Virus record (IMG/VR): IMGVR_UViG_3300030043_000002
Origin: a virus
Reading direction: 5' to 3' (one strand)
Length of the DNA: 40,438 nucleotides
The notes beneath the pieces were generated by a model. That model was not told the origin of the DNA. It was given only the letters and a program-made list of their open reading frames with translations, and ran no database searches. A program made the translations under genes and the position numbers. Below are positions 38,804 to 40,438 of the stretch, in pieces; position 1 is the first letter of the stretch, and every line of letters begins with the position of its first letter.

Positions 38804-40078
38804 ATGCAAGAACTACTATCAAAAAAGCAAGTTGAATTCATCGAGAATTGCACGGCGAAATGGAATATAGCGCATGGTTCAGTTCGTACAGGAAAGACCG
38901 TGGGGTCTATTTACGCATTTATGCACGCAGCGGAAACATGTCCCGATTCACAAATATTCATGGTCGGTCATTCTAGTGAAACTATCTATCAAAACGTGGT
39001 GCGTCTATTACTTGAAAGTGATCAGTTCATGGTGTTCAGACCATTCTGTACTTGGTATGCGGGTAAGCGTCAATTAAAGTTCAAAGACAAGTCTATACAG
39101 ACTCTTGGTGCAAAAGATGAAGGCGCAATAGGGCAATTTCAAGGTAAAACAATGTCCCTTGTTCTGTGCGATGAGATGACGCTTTATCCTGAATCTATCA
39201 TAGACATGATCGATACACGTCTTAGCAATCCACATTCGATGGGATTCGCCACAATGAATCCATCGCATCCGGAGCATAAAATCAAAAAATGGATTGATCT
39301 TGCAGAAGCAGGCGATCCTAATTACTACGCATTACATTTTACTCTAGAAGACAATCCATATGTCGATGATAACTATAAGCAGCGTATTAAAAATTCTCTT
39401 AGTGGTATATTCTATAAGCGTAATTATCTGGGTCTGTGGTGCATGGCCGAAGGGGCCATTTTCGACTTTTTCGACAAAGACATTCATACTGTTGCTATTC
39501 CTCCTCGTGCTGCTGAATATTGGGTTGCTGGTATTGATTACGGCGTTAGCAACGCTTTTGCCTGTGTTTTGGTAGGCGTAAGTACTGGTAAATATACGCA
39601 AACAGGTAAATGCATGTGGGTAGAAAAAGAATACTATTGGGACTGCAAGAAAACTGGTAAGCAAAAAACAAACTCAGAGTTCGCGGATGATATCGAAGCA
39701 TTCCTAGAGCCGTATGGTGTAAAGCAGATTTACATTGACCCAAGTGCTGCACATTTTAAAGTTGATATGGGGCGACGTGGATTACACACTATAGATGCAA
39801 ATAACGATGTTGTCCCGGGAATAGAAGCAATGACATCAGAAATGGCAAAGGGAAACCTATTCATTCTGCGTGACTGTAAGAACCTCATTAAAGAAATCCA
39901 GAATTACGTTTGGGATACGAAAAAGAGTGTGCAAGGTGAAGACGCCCCTGTCAAGAAAGGCGATCACGCGGTAGATGCTTTACGTTATGTAATGGCCACA
40001 CATAAAGTCCAAACGTACAACCCCTATAAACACAATCCTGAAGACTACAAACGAAAACGTTTTCAAAGTGATTTCTAG
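38804..40078 (+). CDS. terL: terminase large subunit
   Basis: 424 aa with Walker A GSVRTGKT, Walker B LVLCDE, and the nuclease-domain motif GDHAVDALRYV near the C-terminus. Confidence 0.9.
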   Translation: MQELLSKKQVEFIENCTAKWNIAHGSVRTGKTVGSIYAFMHAAETCPDSQIFMVGHSSETIYQNVVRLLLESDQFMVFRPFCTWYAGKRQLKFKDKSIQTLGAKDEGAIGQFQGKTMSLVLCDEMTLYPESIIDMIDTRLSNPHSMGFATMNPSHPEHKIKKWIDLAEAGDPNYYALHFTLEDNPYVDDNYKQRIKNSLSGIFYKRNYLGLWCMAEGAIFDFFDKDIHTVAIPPRAAEYWVAGIDYGVSNAFACVLVGVSTGKYTQTGKCMWVEKEYYWDCKKTGKQKTNSEFADDIEAFLEPYGVKQIYIDPSAAHFKVDMGRRGLHTIDANNDVVPGIEAMTSEMAKGNLFILRDCKNLIKEIQNYVWDTKKSVQGEDAPVKKGDHAVDALRYVMATHKVQTYNPYKHNPEDYKRKRFQSDF

Positions 40079-40079
40079 T

Positions 40080-40232
40080 ATGAAAAAGATGTCCAAAAAG
40101 AAATATATCAAATCTTCAAAAAGTAATTGTTGTTCACATAAAGCGCAATATTGCGTTTGTATCACTCAAGGACATAGATATTGGATTAGTAAAAAGTATT
40201 ATGGTTATGTGGAAGATGGTCAATTAATGTAA
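40080..40232 (+). CDS. small basic Cys-rich protein (50 aa, below cutoff)
   Basis: The ATG lies 1 nt after the terL stop. Product is MKKMSKKKYIKSSKSNCCSHKAQYCVCITQGHRYW... Confidence 0.35.
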   Translation: MKKMSKKKYIKSSKSNCCSHKAQYCVCITQGHRYWISKKYYGYVEDGQLM

Positions 40233-40312
40233 AAAAACGATTCACGAGTGATTTATAATGGAAAAATGGCCACCTTCTATGGAAAATCTTATAAAATCTA
40301 ATGGATTTAAAG

Positions 40313-40438
40313 ATTTTGAAAAAATATTCATCAACTATTGTAAATATAATAATTTCAAATTAGAAGAGATTCAATATTTGATGACGATGATGAACACATT
40401 TGTATATTTGAATAAGCCTACGATGTAAAACCGCTTTA
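40313..40438. repeat. terminal overlap, right copy
   Basis: Repeats bases 1..127 with one A fewer in the homopolymer. The window ends inside the 19-bp palindromic motif. Confidence 0.9.

Noticed and set aside
1-40438. Visual search for tRNA, rRNA, CRISPR arrays, integrase, excisionase, protelomerase, DNA or RNA polymerase, tape-measure protein and endolysin.
   Set aside because: I recognised none by eye. Absence is provisional and needs tRNAscan-SE or Aragorn, a CRISPR finder and HMM searches.

Overview
The window is a complete, circularly assembled, AT-rich dsDNA phage genome of about 40.3 kb. The first ~127 bp recur at the 3' end. All product calls come from reading motifs by eye; no searches were run.

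Gene layout on the circular map:
- Packaging and virion genes (+ strand): terS (37767..38282), terL (38804..40078), portal (294..2369), scaffold-like gene (4555..5202), major capsid gene (8651..9830), then a long structural and tail-fibre block (9841..24811).
- Early genes (- strand, 25201..32661): about 30 small ORFs, including a RecT-like annealase and a YqaJ-like exonuclease.
- Control region: a divergent regulatory region at 32662..32863.
- Rightward replication and accessory operon (32864..37036): Cro-like HTH, replication initiator, DUF1064 nuclease, GroES-like protein.

I found no tape-measure or sheath gene, which suggests a short-tailed architecture. I also found no integrase, endolysin, tRNA or CRISPR array.

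Main observations:
1. The major capsid gene is split by a ~211-nt, visibly GC-richer, structured, ORF-less insert. A textbook group I P1 pairing with a G.U wobble sits at the proposed 5' splice site. A free-standing HNH endonuclease gene lies just upstream on the opposite strand.
2. A nuclease-less protein with five zinc-ribbon modules and a ParB/DGQHR-like protein lie next to that HNH gene.
3. A DUF2829/Tad2-like candidate anti-defence gene heads an accessory cassette between portal and scaffold.
4. A ~67-aa module resembling the ubiquitin-E1 FCCH domain occurs at least eight times in five structural proteins.
5. One tail fibre ends in a C1q/TNF-like head domain.
6. A 19-bp palindromic motif occurs four times, always in the same genomic orientation.
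7. An unannotated Arc/CopG-like RHH gene with a partner ORF sits upstream of terS.
8. Antisense gene cassettes are wedged inside the packaging and morphogenesis modules.
9. Exact 15-16-bp direct repeats bracket two single early genes.
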